Shown here: positions 1-9,712 of the stretch, piece after piece
Position numbering within the stretch: position 1 is the stretch's first letter
How the letters are laid out: the number at the start of each line of letters is the position of its first letter
Assembly (NCBI GenBank): GCA_017462645.1
Contig: JAFTQR010000015.1
Coordinates: 1-58,284, forward strand
DNA from: Acholeplasmatales bacterium
GTDB taxonomy: Bacteria > Bacillota_I > Bacilli_A > Acholeplasmatales > Anaeroplasmataceae
Direction: 5' to 3'
Length of the DNA: 58,284 nucleotides
Position numbers and translations under genes: made by a program
Notes under the pieces: model-generated
Seen by the model: only the letters and a program-made list of their open reading frames with translations
Database searches by the model: none
What the model was told of the DNA's origin: nothing

Positions 1-1082
1 GGATTCTCAATATCTAAAACTGCTATATCAGCAATAGAACCAACACTAAAATCTCTTTTTGGTAGATTAAATACCTTAATTGGATTATAAACCATTACAT
101 CTAAGAACTTATCATAAGAAATTAATCCAGTTCTTACAAAGTTTGTATAAATTATAGGTAGCATTGTTTCTAAGCCAATAATTCCATTTGGACATTTATC
201 ATATTCTTGGCTCTTCTCCTCCTCAGTATGAGGTGCATGATCTGATGCAACCATACATGCTGTACCATCTAGTAAAGCATTAATTGTTGCTAATCTATCA
301 GCCTCATCACGTAGAGGTGGATTCATCTTGTAGTTAGCATCCTTAATCATTGTTTGATTTAAAACTAAATGATGTGGAGCAACCTCACATGTAATATTAG
401 TATAGCCTTCCTTATGAGCCTGTCTAATTGCTTCAAATGACTCCTTAGTTGACATATGACAGAAATGATATTTACAACCAATTTTTTTAGCCATTTCAAT
501 TTCTCTTCTTACAGCTACATATTCTCCTGCAGGAGCAAATTTATAAACATTATCCTCAGCATGAGATGCAATTACTAAATTATATTTTTTAGCAAGCTTC
601 ATAGCCTCCTCTAAAATCTCTAAATTATTAACTCCTCTACCATCGTCGGTGATTGCTAATACCTTATGATAAAAGCCTTCAATATCAGCTCTTATCTTAT
701 CCTCCTCATTAACTGTTACTGCACCATATGGATAACAATTAACAATTGAATCCTTATTAATAATTTCAAGCTGTAAATTTAAAGCCTCTAAATTATCTGG
801 ACAGGGCTTTAAATTAGGCATAGACATAATAGTTGTTACACCACCCTTTGCAGCAGATAGTGTTCCAGTCTTAACAGTTTCCTTTACCTCAAAGCCTGGT
901 TCTCTTAAATGCACATGCACATCAACCGCACCTGGCATTACTAAACAGCCACTTGCATCTAACGCCTCACAATCAGCTGTAATACTATTTTCTATTTTCT
1001 CAATAATTCCATTATTTATTAAAATGTCCTTTTTAACTAATTGATTATTTTCAATTATTTTACCATTCTTAATTAAAATCAT
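1..1082 (-). CDS. pyrC: Dihydroorotase (3' end runs off the window; absent from the ORF track)
   Basis: Manual translation gives MILIKNGKIIENNQL...PGAVDVHVHLREPGF...SDHAPH. The ATG overlaps the pyrB stop (TAATG). Confidence 0.95.
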   Translation of the reverse strand, partial: MILIKNGKIIENNQLVKKDILINNGIIEKIENSITADCEALDASGCLVMPGAVDVHVHLREPGFEVKETVKTGTLSAAKGGVTTIMSMPNLKPCPDNLEALNLQLEIINKDSIVNCYPYGAVTVNEEDKIRADIEGFYHKVLAITDDGRGVNNLEILEEAMKLAKKYNLVIASHAEDNVYKFAPAGEYVAVRREIEMAKKIGCKYHFCHMSTKESFEAIRQAHKEGYTNITCEVAPHHLVLNQTMIKDANYKMNPPLRDEADRLATINALLDGTACMVASDHAPHTEEEKSQEYDKCPNGIIGLETMLPIIYTNFVRTGLISYDKFLDVMVYNPIKVFNLPKRDFSVGSIADIAVLDIEN

Positions 1083-1954
1083 TATAAATTACCATCCAAT
1101 GCATCAGAAATAACTGCCATTCTAACATATACACCATTAGTCATCTGTTTATATATTCTACTCTTCTCACACTCTGCAACCTCATCAGCAATCTCAACAC
1201 CTCTATTAATAGGAGCCGGATGCATAATAATTGCATTTTGCTTCATTGATTTCATTCTTTCAACAGTCATACCATACTTATTATGATATTCCTCTACAGT
1301 CATTTGCATTTTTTCCTGATGACGCTCAAACTGAACTCTTAGAAGCATTACAACATCCATTGTCTTACATGCTTCATCTAAAGGAATCCATTCAGCACTA
1401 TTATCGTTATACTCCTCAGGACCTGATATATATACCTCCATTCCAAGTCTTCTCATAACCTCAATATTAGTATGAGCAACTCTTGAATGTAATATATCAC
1501 CAACAATACAGCATTTTAATCCTTCAAATCTACCATACTCCTCATATATAGTCATTAAATCCAATAATGACTGAGTTGGATGATTAGATTTACCATCTCC
1601 ACCATTAAAGATTGGAATTTGAATATTTTCTAATTCCTTAAAATATTCATCCTGGCTATGTCTAATTACAACACCATCAACACCTAATGCTTCAAATGTT
1701 CTAACTGTATCATAAAGTGTTTCACCCTTTGCTACACTTGATGTATGAGTATTACAATCAATAACCTTAACACCTAAATTCATTAAAGCACATTGAAATG
1801 AATAATGTGTTCTAGTAGAATTCTCAAAGAAAATTGTCGCAATCTTCTTATCAGGATAAGATATTCTAAATCCCTTCTTTAATTTCATTGCATATTTAAT
1901 TAATTCCATTATCTTGTCTGTTGACAAATCCCTTAAAGTTAATAAACCTCTCAT
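1082..1954 (-). CDS. pyrB: Aspartate carbamoyltransferase catalytic subunit
   Basis: FFENSTRT, HPTQ, RVQFER and MHPAP motifs. Confidence 0.97.
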   Translation of the reverse strand: MRGLLTLRDLSTDKIMELIKYAMKLKKGFRISYPDKKIATIFFENSTRTHYSFQCALMNLGVKVIDCNTHTSSVAKGETLYDTVRTFEALGVDGVVIRHSQDEYFKELENIQIPIFNGGDGKSNHPTQSLLDLMTIYEEYGRFEGLKCCIVGDILHSRVAHTNIEVMRRLGMEVYISGPEEYNDNSAEWIPLDEACKTMDVVMLLRVQFERHQEKMQMTVEEYHNKYGMTVERMKSMKQNAIIMHPAPINRGVEIADEVAECEKSRIYKQMTNGVYVRMAVISDALDGNL

Positions 1955-1965
1955 GACTTCACCTC

Positions 1966-2005
1966 AAAAAAAATAGTTTTCTAATCCAAAAAGACTAGAA
2001 AACTA
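1966..2005 (-). terminator. Attenuator terminator of the pyr leader
   Basis: mRNA UAGUUUUCUAGUC-loop-GAUUAGAAAACUA followed by a U8 tract, just before the pyrB RBS. Confidence 0.85.
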
Positions 2006-2044
2006 GTATCAACATAAAGTAATAGCTTATATATTAATCTGGTA

Positions 2045-2076
2045 TTCTTGTTAGCCTCTCTGGACTATCTTAAAGT
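2045..2076 (-). promoter_or_regulatory. PyrR binding loop (pyr attenuator)
   Basis: AGUCCAGAGAGGCU (2066-2053) matches the ARUCCNGNGAGGYU consensus, preceded by CUUUAA; lies upstream of pyrBC. Confidence 0.92.
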
Positions 2077-2088
2077 TTCATCTCGTTT

Positions 2089-2117
2089 ATAATATCACAA
2101 TGACGTCAAACTTTCAA
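2089..2117 (-). promoter_or_regulatory. SigA-type promoter of the pyr operon
   Basis: TTGAAA-N17-TATTAT with an extended -10 TG. Confidence 0.65.
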
Positions 2118-2134
2118 TAAAATATTATATATTT

Positions 2135-2815
2135 TTATAATTTTTTTATATCAAAAATGACTAAAGCCTTTTCATTAATATTATTTGACATAAAACTCTT
2201 AGCATATTCATATACAGTATCATATCTTAAATCATTTAATTCGATTATTTCATCAATCAAATCATCATCAAGCAGCTCAGAATGATTATCACCATTTGAT
2301 AATCCTATTACATGACATTCATTTTTCATTTTGAAATATTTTCCTAAGCCAGCTACTGCCCCACCTGTTTCAATAGGACAAATTAAATAATTAAAATCCT
2401 TAACCATATCAAATATCATCGGTCCAATTAATTTGAAATAGCTGCTAACATTTAGCTTCTCCTCATATAGGTTTAAAACAATTGAATTTTCTATTTCTAG
2501 CTTCATATCATTAGCCATATCTATCAATGCTTCAAATCCTAATGAAAATGGAGTTAAGACTATATCTATTTTGTAATTATAAAGCTCATTCAATATTTTC
2601 TCATTAGCATTGTTAGGCAATACTATTATAGATTTATACCCTTTATTATAAGCAGCCCTAGCATATGATAATGCATCATAATCTATAGCTGGGATTATTA
2701 TTGTTTTATCAATAAGCTTATTTTTCTTATAAAGCTCATTTAAAATAAATTCAATAACCATATCCTTATTTAGTTTAAATAGATATAAATTATCCTTAAT
2801 AACTAAATCGCTCAT
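2135..2815 (-). CDS. Degenerate cysteine-synthase-like (fold-type II PLP) protein, probable pseudoenzyme
   Basis: CysK-like segments GYKSIIVLP, IVLTP, GPMIF and ETGGAVAGLGKYFK. The NPxGSVK loop and TSGNT loop are missing; only 226 aa. Confidence 0.7.
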   Translation of the reverse strand: MSDLVIKDNLYLFKLNKDMVIEFILNELYKKNKLIDKTIIIPAIDYDALSYARAAYNKGYKSIIVLPNNANEKILNELYNYKIDIVLTPFSLGFEALIDMANDMKLEIENSIVLNLYEEKLNVSSYFKLIGPMIFDMVKDFNYLICPIETGGAVAGLGKYFKMKNECHVIGLSNGDNHSELLDDDLIDEIIELNDLRYDTVYEYAKSFMSNNINEKALVIFDIKKL

Positions 2816-2917
2816 AATATCTCCTTTATAATTTTACAAATTATAATGATATTATAGCATAAAAAATAGTATTTGTATTAAATAAAATATAATTGTATAA
2901 TATTTTTAGGTGATAAA

Positions 2918-4018
2918 ATGAAGATAGTTGGTATTATAGTTGAGTATAATCCATTACATAATGGACATGTGCATCATATAAATGAAATAAAAAAACAAGC
3001 AAATGCTGATGTCATTATTGCCATAATGTCATCTTCTTTTACTATGCGTGGTGATTTATCACTATTTGATAAATTTACCAAAGCTAAACAAGCACTTAAT
3101 AATGGTGTAGATCTTGTTTTAGAACTTCCACTTGTATATTCTATACAACGAGCAGATTTATTTGCATATCATTCAACAGCCTTTCTATCATTACTTAAGG
3201 TTGATGAAATATGGATAGGCAGTGAACAAAATAATGAATTAATTTATGAAGAATATTATAAGAAATATCTTGATAACATAAATAATATTAACGATTGTAT
3301 GAAAAATGGTTATTCCTACAAGGAGGCTACAGCTAGCTTTTTAGATTTAGAAAGCAATGATATATTAGGATTCAGCTATTATAAGGCTATTAAGGAAAAT
3401 AATTATAATATAAAATTAAAAACTATTAAAAGATTAAATTCTAATTATTTAGATAAGAATCCATCTAATGAAAAAATCGCCTCTGCCTTATCTATCAGAA
3501 ACGATATAAATAGAATTTATGATTATTGTCCAGCATATGTCTATAATGATTTTAATAAAATAATTGATGAAAATAAATTATTTGATTTATTAAAATATAA
3601 AATTTTATCTTCTAATATTAATGAGCTTAATCAGCTATTCTTTGTAGATGAGGGATTAGAAAACAAATTAATTGAAATAATAAATTATAATAATTTAAAT
3701 GATTTTATATCAGCACTAGCATCTAAAAGATATACTAAGACTAGAATTAAAAGAATGCTAGTATATATATTATTGAATATAAAGAAAAAGGAAATAAATG
3801 AAATATTAAATAATAAAATCGATTTTATTAGAGTATTAGGTTTTAATGAAATAGGAAGAAAATATATTTCCACATTCAAAAAGGAATTAACAATTTATAC
3901 AAATATAAAGGAAGGCTTAAATAAAGCATTAGATATAGAATTTAATGCTTCTAGATTACTAGATTCAGTTTATGATTTAAAGCTAATTAAAAATGAACAA
4001 GGGGGACCTATCAAATAG
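2918..4018 (+). CDS. tmcAL: tRNA(Met) cytidine acetate ligase (YlbM family, HIGH nucleotidyltransferase)
   Basis: GIIVEYNPLHNGH, SNDILG, SALSIR, KRYTKTRIKR, IRVLGF. Confidence 0.92.
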   Translation: MKIVGIIVEYNPLHNGHVHHINEIKKQANADVIIAIMSSSFTMRGDLSLFDKFTKAKQALNNGVDLVLELPLVYSIQRADLFAYHSTAFLSLLKVDEIWIGSEQNNELIYEEYYKKYLDNINNINDCMKNGYSYKEATASFLDLESNDILGFSYYKAIKENNYNIKLKTIKRLNSNYLDKNPSNEKIASALSIRNDINRIYDYCPAYVYNDFNKIIDENKLFDLLKYKILSSNINELNQLFFVDEGLENKLIEIINYNNLNDFISALASKRYTKTRIKRMLVYILLNIKKKEINEILNNKIDFIRVLGFNEIGRKYISTFKKELTIYTNIKEGLNKALDIEFNASRLLDSVYDLKLIKNEQGGPIK

Positions 4019-4025
4019 GTCCCCT
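4000..4025. terminator. GC-rich hairpin between convergent tmcAL and the Nudix gene
   Basis: GGGGACCTA-tcaaa-TAGGTCCCC. Confidence 0.65.
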
Positions 4026-4562
4026 CTACTTTTCATTAAGCATTAAATATCTTGAAATAGCACATATTGTTTTAGCATCCTTTATTTCACCAGATATAAT
4101 CATTTTCTTAACATCATTTAGTGGAATATAATATGATTCTATAAATTCATCACTATCAAAGTTAGTATGAGTTTTAATAACATCCTTAGCTAAATACAAA
4201 TGTATTACCTCATCAGAATAGCCACACGTTGGATATATACAGCCTAAATAATCTAATCTTGAAGCCTTTAAGCCAGCTTCTTCCTCTAATTCTCTTATTG
4301 CTGAATCATAAGGATCCTCTAACGCCTCAAGCTTACCAGCTGGAAGCTCATATATAACCTCATTATATGCATATCGATATTGTCTTATTAATAATACCTC
4401 ATCATTTTCATTTATATATAAAATTGTTGAGCCTCCCTTATGTCTTACAACCTCTCTTGTAGAGGTATTTTTATTTGGACATAAAACAGTATGCTTCTCT
4501 ACCTTAATTATTTTACCATCATATATTATTTCACCAGATAGCTTTTTTTCAATCATATCCAT
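4026..4562 (-). CDS. nudF: Nudix hydrolase, ADP-ribose pyrophosphatase type
   Basis: Intact Nudix box PAGKLEALEDPYDSAIRELEEEAG, plus REVVRH and IKDAKT. Start moved to the ATG at 4562, which follows a GGTGA SD. Confidence 0.88.
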   Translation of the reverse strand: MDMIEKKLSGEIIYDGKIIKVEKHTVLCPNKNTSTREVVRHKGGSTILYINENDEVLLIRQYRYAYNEVIYELPAGKLEALEDPYDSAIRELEEEAGLKASRLDYLGCIYPTCGYSDEVIHLYLAKDVIKTHTNFDSDEFIESYYIPLNDVKKMIISGEIKDAKTICAISRYLMLNEK

Positions 4563-4609
4563 ATTAATCACCATATTAATTATATTAAAAATAAGAATGG
4601 AGTGCAATA

Positions 4610-6178
4610 TTACACTCCATTATCATTCTCATTATTTTCAATTACTTCTTCATTTTCAACTAATTCTATCTCTTCAGTATTAGTTATATTTTTTTCATCT
4701 CTTCCATCTAAATACATTCCATCATAGCCCTTTTTCTTTATTTGGAAATAGAATATTATTAAGCAAACTATACTCATTATCATAATACCTATATTAGATA
4801 TACCCATTGAATAGCCTGCAACCTCAACACCAAGCTCAGGGAAGAATTCTAATAAAATGATTAAAACTGGAATTCTAAATATAAAGGCTCTAGCAACATT
4901 AATAAATGCTGCTATCTTTGTTTTACCAAAGCCATATAGCACACCAAGGCATGCAGCGTTTATAGCAAGTGATGGTATACTTAACGAATCCCAAGCATGA
5001 ATTCTTCTTACATATTCCATGAATTCAGCTGATTGTGATGCATCTATATCATTATCCTTAAATAGGTTTATAAGCTGAGTTTGGAAGGTGAATCTTATTA
5101 ATATCCAACCAATAGTACCTGTTATAAAACATAATATAAATGTCTTCCAGAAAGCTTGCATAGCTCTTTTTAAATTTCTATTACCTATATTTTGAGATAT
5201 AATTGTAGATTCAGTTTCTTCAAATGTATTTGTAGGTGATGTTATTATACCATTTAAATTATTAGATACAGCTAATGCACCAACAACTAAGCCTGCAGAG
5301 GCTTGAGCCTGTGCTACAGCCTCAGGATCACTCATATCTATTTGAGAAAGTAAAATTTCCTCATAGCCCTGACCAAAAATTGAATTAACAGCAACCTTAC
5401 CAAACGAGAATACAAATTTACCTATAAAGATTGGAATAGATATAGCTAAAATAGGCTTTATATATCTCCATCTTAACGTAATCATTTTTGGTGTAATTCT
5501 AAATATATTATTCTTATGTACCATTATTCCACCTAAAATAAGGAATAAGGCTAGTTGTGATAATAGGGTGGCTACTGCAATCCATATTATTTCATCAACT
5601 CCAATAACATATATGAATATCCAGTTAAGGAATAGCTTAACACCCATAGCAACAAAGTTTAAATAGAATATGCTTTTAGTATTTCCCTTAGCCTTTTGTA
5701 AAGCTATAAAAACACTATTCATTGAAACAATAACAACCTCAAGCATTTGGATTATAAAATACCCTGTTGATTTAGCTGCCTGAGCATCAGAAATACCAGA
5801 CATAGAGCATATTGGATATGCAAGAGGTATACATATAAAGGCAATAGCAATGCTTACAACTAATACTAGCGAAAAGCTAGCATTTGCATTTTTTCTTGCA
5901 TCATTAAAATCACCTGCGCCAAAGCGCCTTGCTACTATAATACCTCCACCAGCAGCAATACCTGCACCAAATGAAGTTAAAAGGCTTTTTACCTGTCCTA
6001 GTGCCGCAACAGATGAGACTGAATCTGTTGATATTTCACTTGCAAATATAGTATCAACTAAGCTATAAAAGGCATTAAATAGCTGATAGATAAATAACGG
6101 TGCGCACATTGCAATAATAGCAGTCCACATATTACCATTTAAAATCTTATGTCTTCTTTTTTCATCTACTTTTGCCAA
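4610..6178 (-). CDS. MATE family efflux transporter
   Basis: About 12 TM; YSLVDTIF, ARRFGAGD, SQNIGNRN; TTG start. Confidence 0.9.
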   Translation of the reverse strand: MAKVDEKRRHKILNGNMWTAIIAMCAPLFIYQLFNAFYSLVDTIFASEISTDSVSSVAALGQVKSLLTSFGAGIAAGGGIIVARRFGAGDFNDARKNANASFSLVLVVSIAIAFICIPLAYPICSMSGISDAQAAKSTGYFIIQMLEVVIVSMNSVFIALQKAKGNTKSIFYLNFVAMGVKLFLNWIFIYVIGVDEIIWIAVATLLSQLALFLILGGIMVHKNNIFRITPKMITLRWRYIKPILAISIPIFIGKFVFSFGKVAVNSIFGQGYEEILLSQIDMSDPEAVAQAQASAGLVVGALAVSNNLNGIITSPTNTFEETESTIISQNIGNRNLKRAMQAFWKTFILCFITGTIGWILIRFTFQTQLINLFKDNDIDASQSAEFMEYVRRIHAWDSLSIPSLAINAACLGVLYGFGKTKIAAFINVARAFIFRIPVLIILLEFFPELGVEVAGYSMGISNIGIMIMSIVCLIIFYFQIKKKGYDGMYLDGRDEKNITNTEEIELVENEEVIENNENDNGV

Positions 6179-6346
6179 AATATCACACTCCTTTTATCTA
6201 TTTTGATTATACTCTTAGATTAAATATAAAAAAGGAAAAATTCACTCAAAAAAATTTTTATTTAAGAAAACGTTTTTTTTAAACAACATCTATAAAAAAG
6301 TACTATAATTAATAATTGTTAATGATTGAAGGGATAGTGAATAAAA

Positions 6347-7654
6347 ATGTTATTAAGTAGTGATGCTAATTCGCCCTATACCTTATTACTACCATTAGCC
6401 TTAATATTAGTATTATCTAAGCTATTAAGTCTTGTGGCTAGAAAAATAGGCTTACCTCAGGTTGTAGGCTTATTATTAACAGGTATCGTATTAGGACTCA
6501 TTAAAATGATTGACAATCAAAGTATTTTTACACCATTTACGATGGAGGGAATTTCCTTTATAGCAGAAATAGGTGTAATTCTAATCATGTTTTCAGCTGG
6601 ATTAGAAACAGATATTAAGCAAATTAAAAAGACTGGTAAGGAAGCTATAATAATTACCTTATTTGGTATAATATTCCCTATGCTTCTAGGCTTTTTAGTA
6701 GCCTTTGTATTACCTGGTGGTTTATCCAAAGAAACAATGTTTAGAAATTTATTTTATGGAGTTATTTTAACTGCAACCTCAGTTTCGGTTACTATAGCTA
6801 CTCTTAAGGAATTAGGCAAGCTTAATTCAAAAATTGGTACTGCAATAGTATCAGCAGCCATTTTAGATGATATCTTAGGTGTTATAATATTATCAGTAAT
6901 AATATCACTTGAAGGCGCTATTGTCGATGGAAATGGTGGTAATGTAGGGGCTGATATTGCGTTAGTAATTGGTAAAACTGTATTATTCTTTGTTTTAGCA
7001 TTTGTTATCGGCCTTTTATTAAGAAAGCTATTTAAAATGCTATCAAATAAATATGATCACCATAGAAGAATACCAATATTTGCGGTTGCAGTAGCGTTCT
7101 TCTACGCATATGCAGCAGAAAAATGGTTTGGTATTGCAGATATTACAGGAGCCTTCTTCGCTGGTTTAATCTTATCAGGCGATAAGGATACTGAATACAT
7201 TGAAAAGAAAACAGATGTAACATCATATTTATTATTTACACCAGTATTCTTTGCAAAGGTAGGTTTAACCTCATTAGAAAGCTTTAAAGATATAGATGTA
7301 TCATTTATATTATTCGGTGTATTATTTGTTTTAGCAGGTATGGCTGGTAAGCTATTTGGCTGTGGTGCCGCTGCTAAAATTTGTAAATATAGCTTTAAGG
7401 ATTCGTTAAGATGTGGAATTGGAATGATGTGTAGGGCTGAGGTATGCCTTATTTGTGCTGATAAGGGTATAGATGCAGGTATTATATCTGAATCTATTCA
7501 ACCATTTATTTTAGCATTAATATTAATTACTTCTTTTGTTACACCGGTTATTCTTAAGAATTCCTATAGGGGCGAAATAGGACATGATATAGAGGATATT
7601 ATAGCCTATATTAATCCTGAAAAAGCAAGACAAGATAAACTAAAAGCACAATAA
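6347..7654 (+). CDS. CPA2 cation:proton antiporter (NapA/GerN-like)
   Basis: GLPQVVG, GLETD, ATSVSVT, AAILDD, GMMCRAEV. Confidence 0.92.
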   Translation: MLLSSDANSPYTLLLPLALILVLSKLLSLVARKIGLPQVVGLLLTGIVLGLIKMIDNQSIFTPFTMEGISFIAEIGVILIMFSAGLETDIKQIKKTGKEAIIITLFGIIFPMLLGFLVAFVLPGGLSKETMFRNLFYGVILTATSVSVTIATLKELGKLNSKIGTAIVSAAILDDILGVIILSVIISLEGAIVDGNGGNVGADIALVIGKTVLFFVLAFVIGLLLRKLFKMLSNKYDHHRRIPIFAVAVAFFYAYAAEKWFGIADITGAFFAGLILSGDKDTEYIEKKTDVTSYLLFTPVFFAKVGLTSLESFKDIDVSFILFGVLFVLAGMAGKLFGCGAAAKICKYSFKDSLRCGIGMMCRAEVCLICADKGIDAGIISESIQPFILALILITSFVTPVILKNSYRGEIGHDIEDIIAYINPEKARQDKLKAQ

Positions 7655-7672
7655 GAAACTGTTTGTATAAAA

Positions 7673-7706
7673 CAAAAGCTTCCATTACAAAATGGAAGCT
7701 TTTTTA
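7673..7706. terminator. Bidirectional terminator
   Basis: AAAAGCTTCCATT-loop-AATGGAAGCTTTT between convergent genes. Confidence 0.88.
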
Positions 7707-9581
7707 TTATTTTAATAATAAATCACATAAATTTTTAGCAAATTCTTGAGGATCATCTGGTAATATACCCTCTTGTAATAGGGCCTGAGTGTATAAAATA
7801 TTAGTATATTTATCTGCAAGCTCCTTATCAATATTATATGTTGCCTCTAATTTAGTAAATACAGGATGATTAGGATTTAATTCTAAAATTCTATCAGCCT
7901 TTATATCATGATGCTGAGCCTTTAATACTCTTTCCATTTCAAAGGATACATCACCATCAGCTGTTAAGCAGCATGGTGAATCTACTAATCTCTTAGATAA
8001 AACAACATCCTTTACATTAGGAAGAGCATTCTTTACATTTTCTAATAATGATTTCTTTTCTTCCTTAAGCTCATCTATCTTCTTAGATTCCTCTTCATCA
8101 ATTAAATCAAGGTCACCCTGATTAATTGATTTAAAATTAATTCCTTCATAATCCTTTAATACCTGAATCATGAATTCATCTACATCATCAGATAAAACTA
8201 AAACATCATATTCACGAGCCTTAACTAAATCCATTTGCGGTAGCTTAGAAACAGCCTCTTTTGTCTTGCCAATTGCATAATAGATTTCCTTTTGACCTTC
8301 CTTCATTGCCTCTTTATATTCAGCAAAAGTAATTAGCTTATCCGCATTATAGCTCTTTAATAATACTAAATCCTTTAATTGATCCTTCTTTTCACCATTA
8401 TTCTCATATAATCCAAATTTTAAATTAAGACCATAATCGTTAAAGAATTCAATATATTTATCTCTATCATTTCTTAAAATTCTAGATAATTCTGATAATA
8501 TTTTCTTTTCTACATTAGTAGCTATTTTCTTAATAGCTCTATCCTCCTGTAGCATTTCTCTTGAAATATTTAATGATAAATCAGCACTATCTACTAATCC
8601 CTTAACAAATCTTAAATAATCTGGAATTAGCTCCTTACACTTATCTAAAATAAATACACCCTTTGTATATAATTGTAATCCTTTTTCTGTTCTATCAGAA
8701 TACATATCATAGAATGGCTTTTTAGGTATAAATAATAATGCATTATATGTAAGCATACCCTCTACATTAATATGAATAGATGAAATAGGATCTTGGAAAT
8801 CCATAAACTTAGTCTTATAGAAACTATTTAATTCCTCTTCTGTTACCTCACTTTTATTCTTCTTCCAAATTGGTAGCATAGAATTAATTGTTTCTAGTTC
8901 TAAATATGTATTTGGTTCATTCTCATTTTCATTTTCACCATATTTAGTAATCCTAGTCTTAATTGGATATCTAACATAATCCGAATATTTTTTAATTAAT
9001 GCTTTAATTTTATATTCATCTAAATACTCATCATAATTTATATCCTCAGTATTTTCTCTTAAATATAATTTAATCACAGAACCATAAGAGTCCTTACTAG
9101 CATCCTCAATGCTGTAAGAATCTAATCCTTCAGATGAGAATAGGCTAGCATTATTGTCATTAACTGATTTAGTTAATACATCAACCCTTTTAGCAACCAT
9201 AAATGCTGAATAAAAGCCTACACCAAATTGACCAATTATATCAACCTCAGGGCTATTTTCCTTAGCTACAGCCTCCATAAAATCCTTACTTCCAGATTTA
9301 GCAATAGTACCTAAATGCTCCTCTAGCTCAGCCTTAGTCATACCAACACCATTATCAGTAATAGTGATAGTTCTTTCTTCCTTATTAGCCTCAACTAAAA
9401 TTTCATAATTATTATCTGCTATATCACTATTAGTTAATGATAAATAATGTCTTTTATCAATAGCATCACTAGCGTTAGATATTAATTCTCTTAAAAATAT
9501 TTCCTTATGTGTATAGATAGAGTTAATCATCATATCTAATAAACGTTTTGTTTCTGTTTTAAATTCCTTAGTTTCTTTCAT
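7707..9581 (-). CDS. htpG: Hsp90 chaperone HtpG
   Basis: IFLRELISNASDA, IGQFGVGFYS, SLNISRE. True start is probably the ATG at 9581 (GGAGG SD), not 9647. Confidence 0.97.
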   Translation of the reverse strand: MKETKEFKTETKRLLDMMINSIYTHKEIFLRELISNASDAIDKRHYLSLTNSDIADNNYEILVEANKEERTITITDNGVGMTKAELEEHLGTIAKSGSKDFMEAVAKENSPEVDIIGQFGVGFYSAFMVAKRVDVLTKSVNDNNASLFSSEGLDSYSIEDASKDSYGSVIKLYLRENTEDINYDEYLDEYKIKALIKKYSDYVRYPIKTRITKYGENENENEPNTYLELETINSMLPIWKKNKSEVTEEELNSFYKTKFMDFQDPISSIHINVEGMLTYNALLFIPKKPFYDMYSDRTEKGLQLYTKGVFILDKCKELIPDYLRFVKGLVDSADLSLNISREMLQEDRAIKKIATNVEKKILSELSRILRNDRDKYIEFFNDYGLNLKFGLYENNGEKKDQLKDLVLLKSYNADKLITFAEYKEAMKEGQKEIYYAIGKTKEAVSKLPQMDLVKAREYDVLVLSDDVDEFMIQVLKDYEGINFKSINQGDLDLIDEEESKKIDELKEEKKSLLENVKNALPNVKDVVLSKRLVDSPCCLTADGDVSFEMERVLKAQHHDIKADRILELNPNHPVFTKLEATYNIDKELADKYTNILYTQALLQEGILPDDPQEFAKNLCDLLLK

Positions 9582-9611
9582 AATTGCCTCCAAATATAAG
9601 ATACAATTTGT

Positions 9612-9654
9612 ATTATAATACTTATTTTTGGCACTGTCAATACACAAGTGCCAA
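9612..9654 (-). promoter_or_regulatory. htpG promoter with CIRCE (HrcA operator)
   Basis: TTGACA(9640-9635)-N17-TATAAT(9617-9612). TTGGCACTT-N9-CAGTGCCAA (9654-9628) overlaps the -35. Confidence 0.9.
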
Positions 9655-9712
9655 AAATAATTTTATTGATGATTTTTTTAAAATATAAAGTATAATAAAA
9701 TTGGTGATTAAA

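Noticed and set aside
6263-6280. cre/LacI-like AAAACGTTTT upstream of the antiporter
   Set aside because: Lacks the TG...CA ends and lies within A/T runs; likely chance
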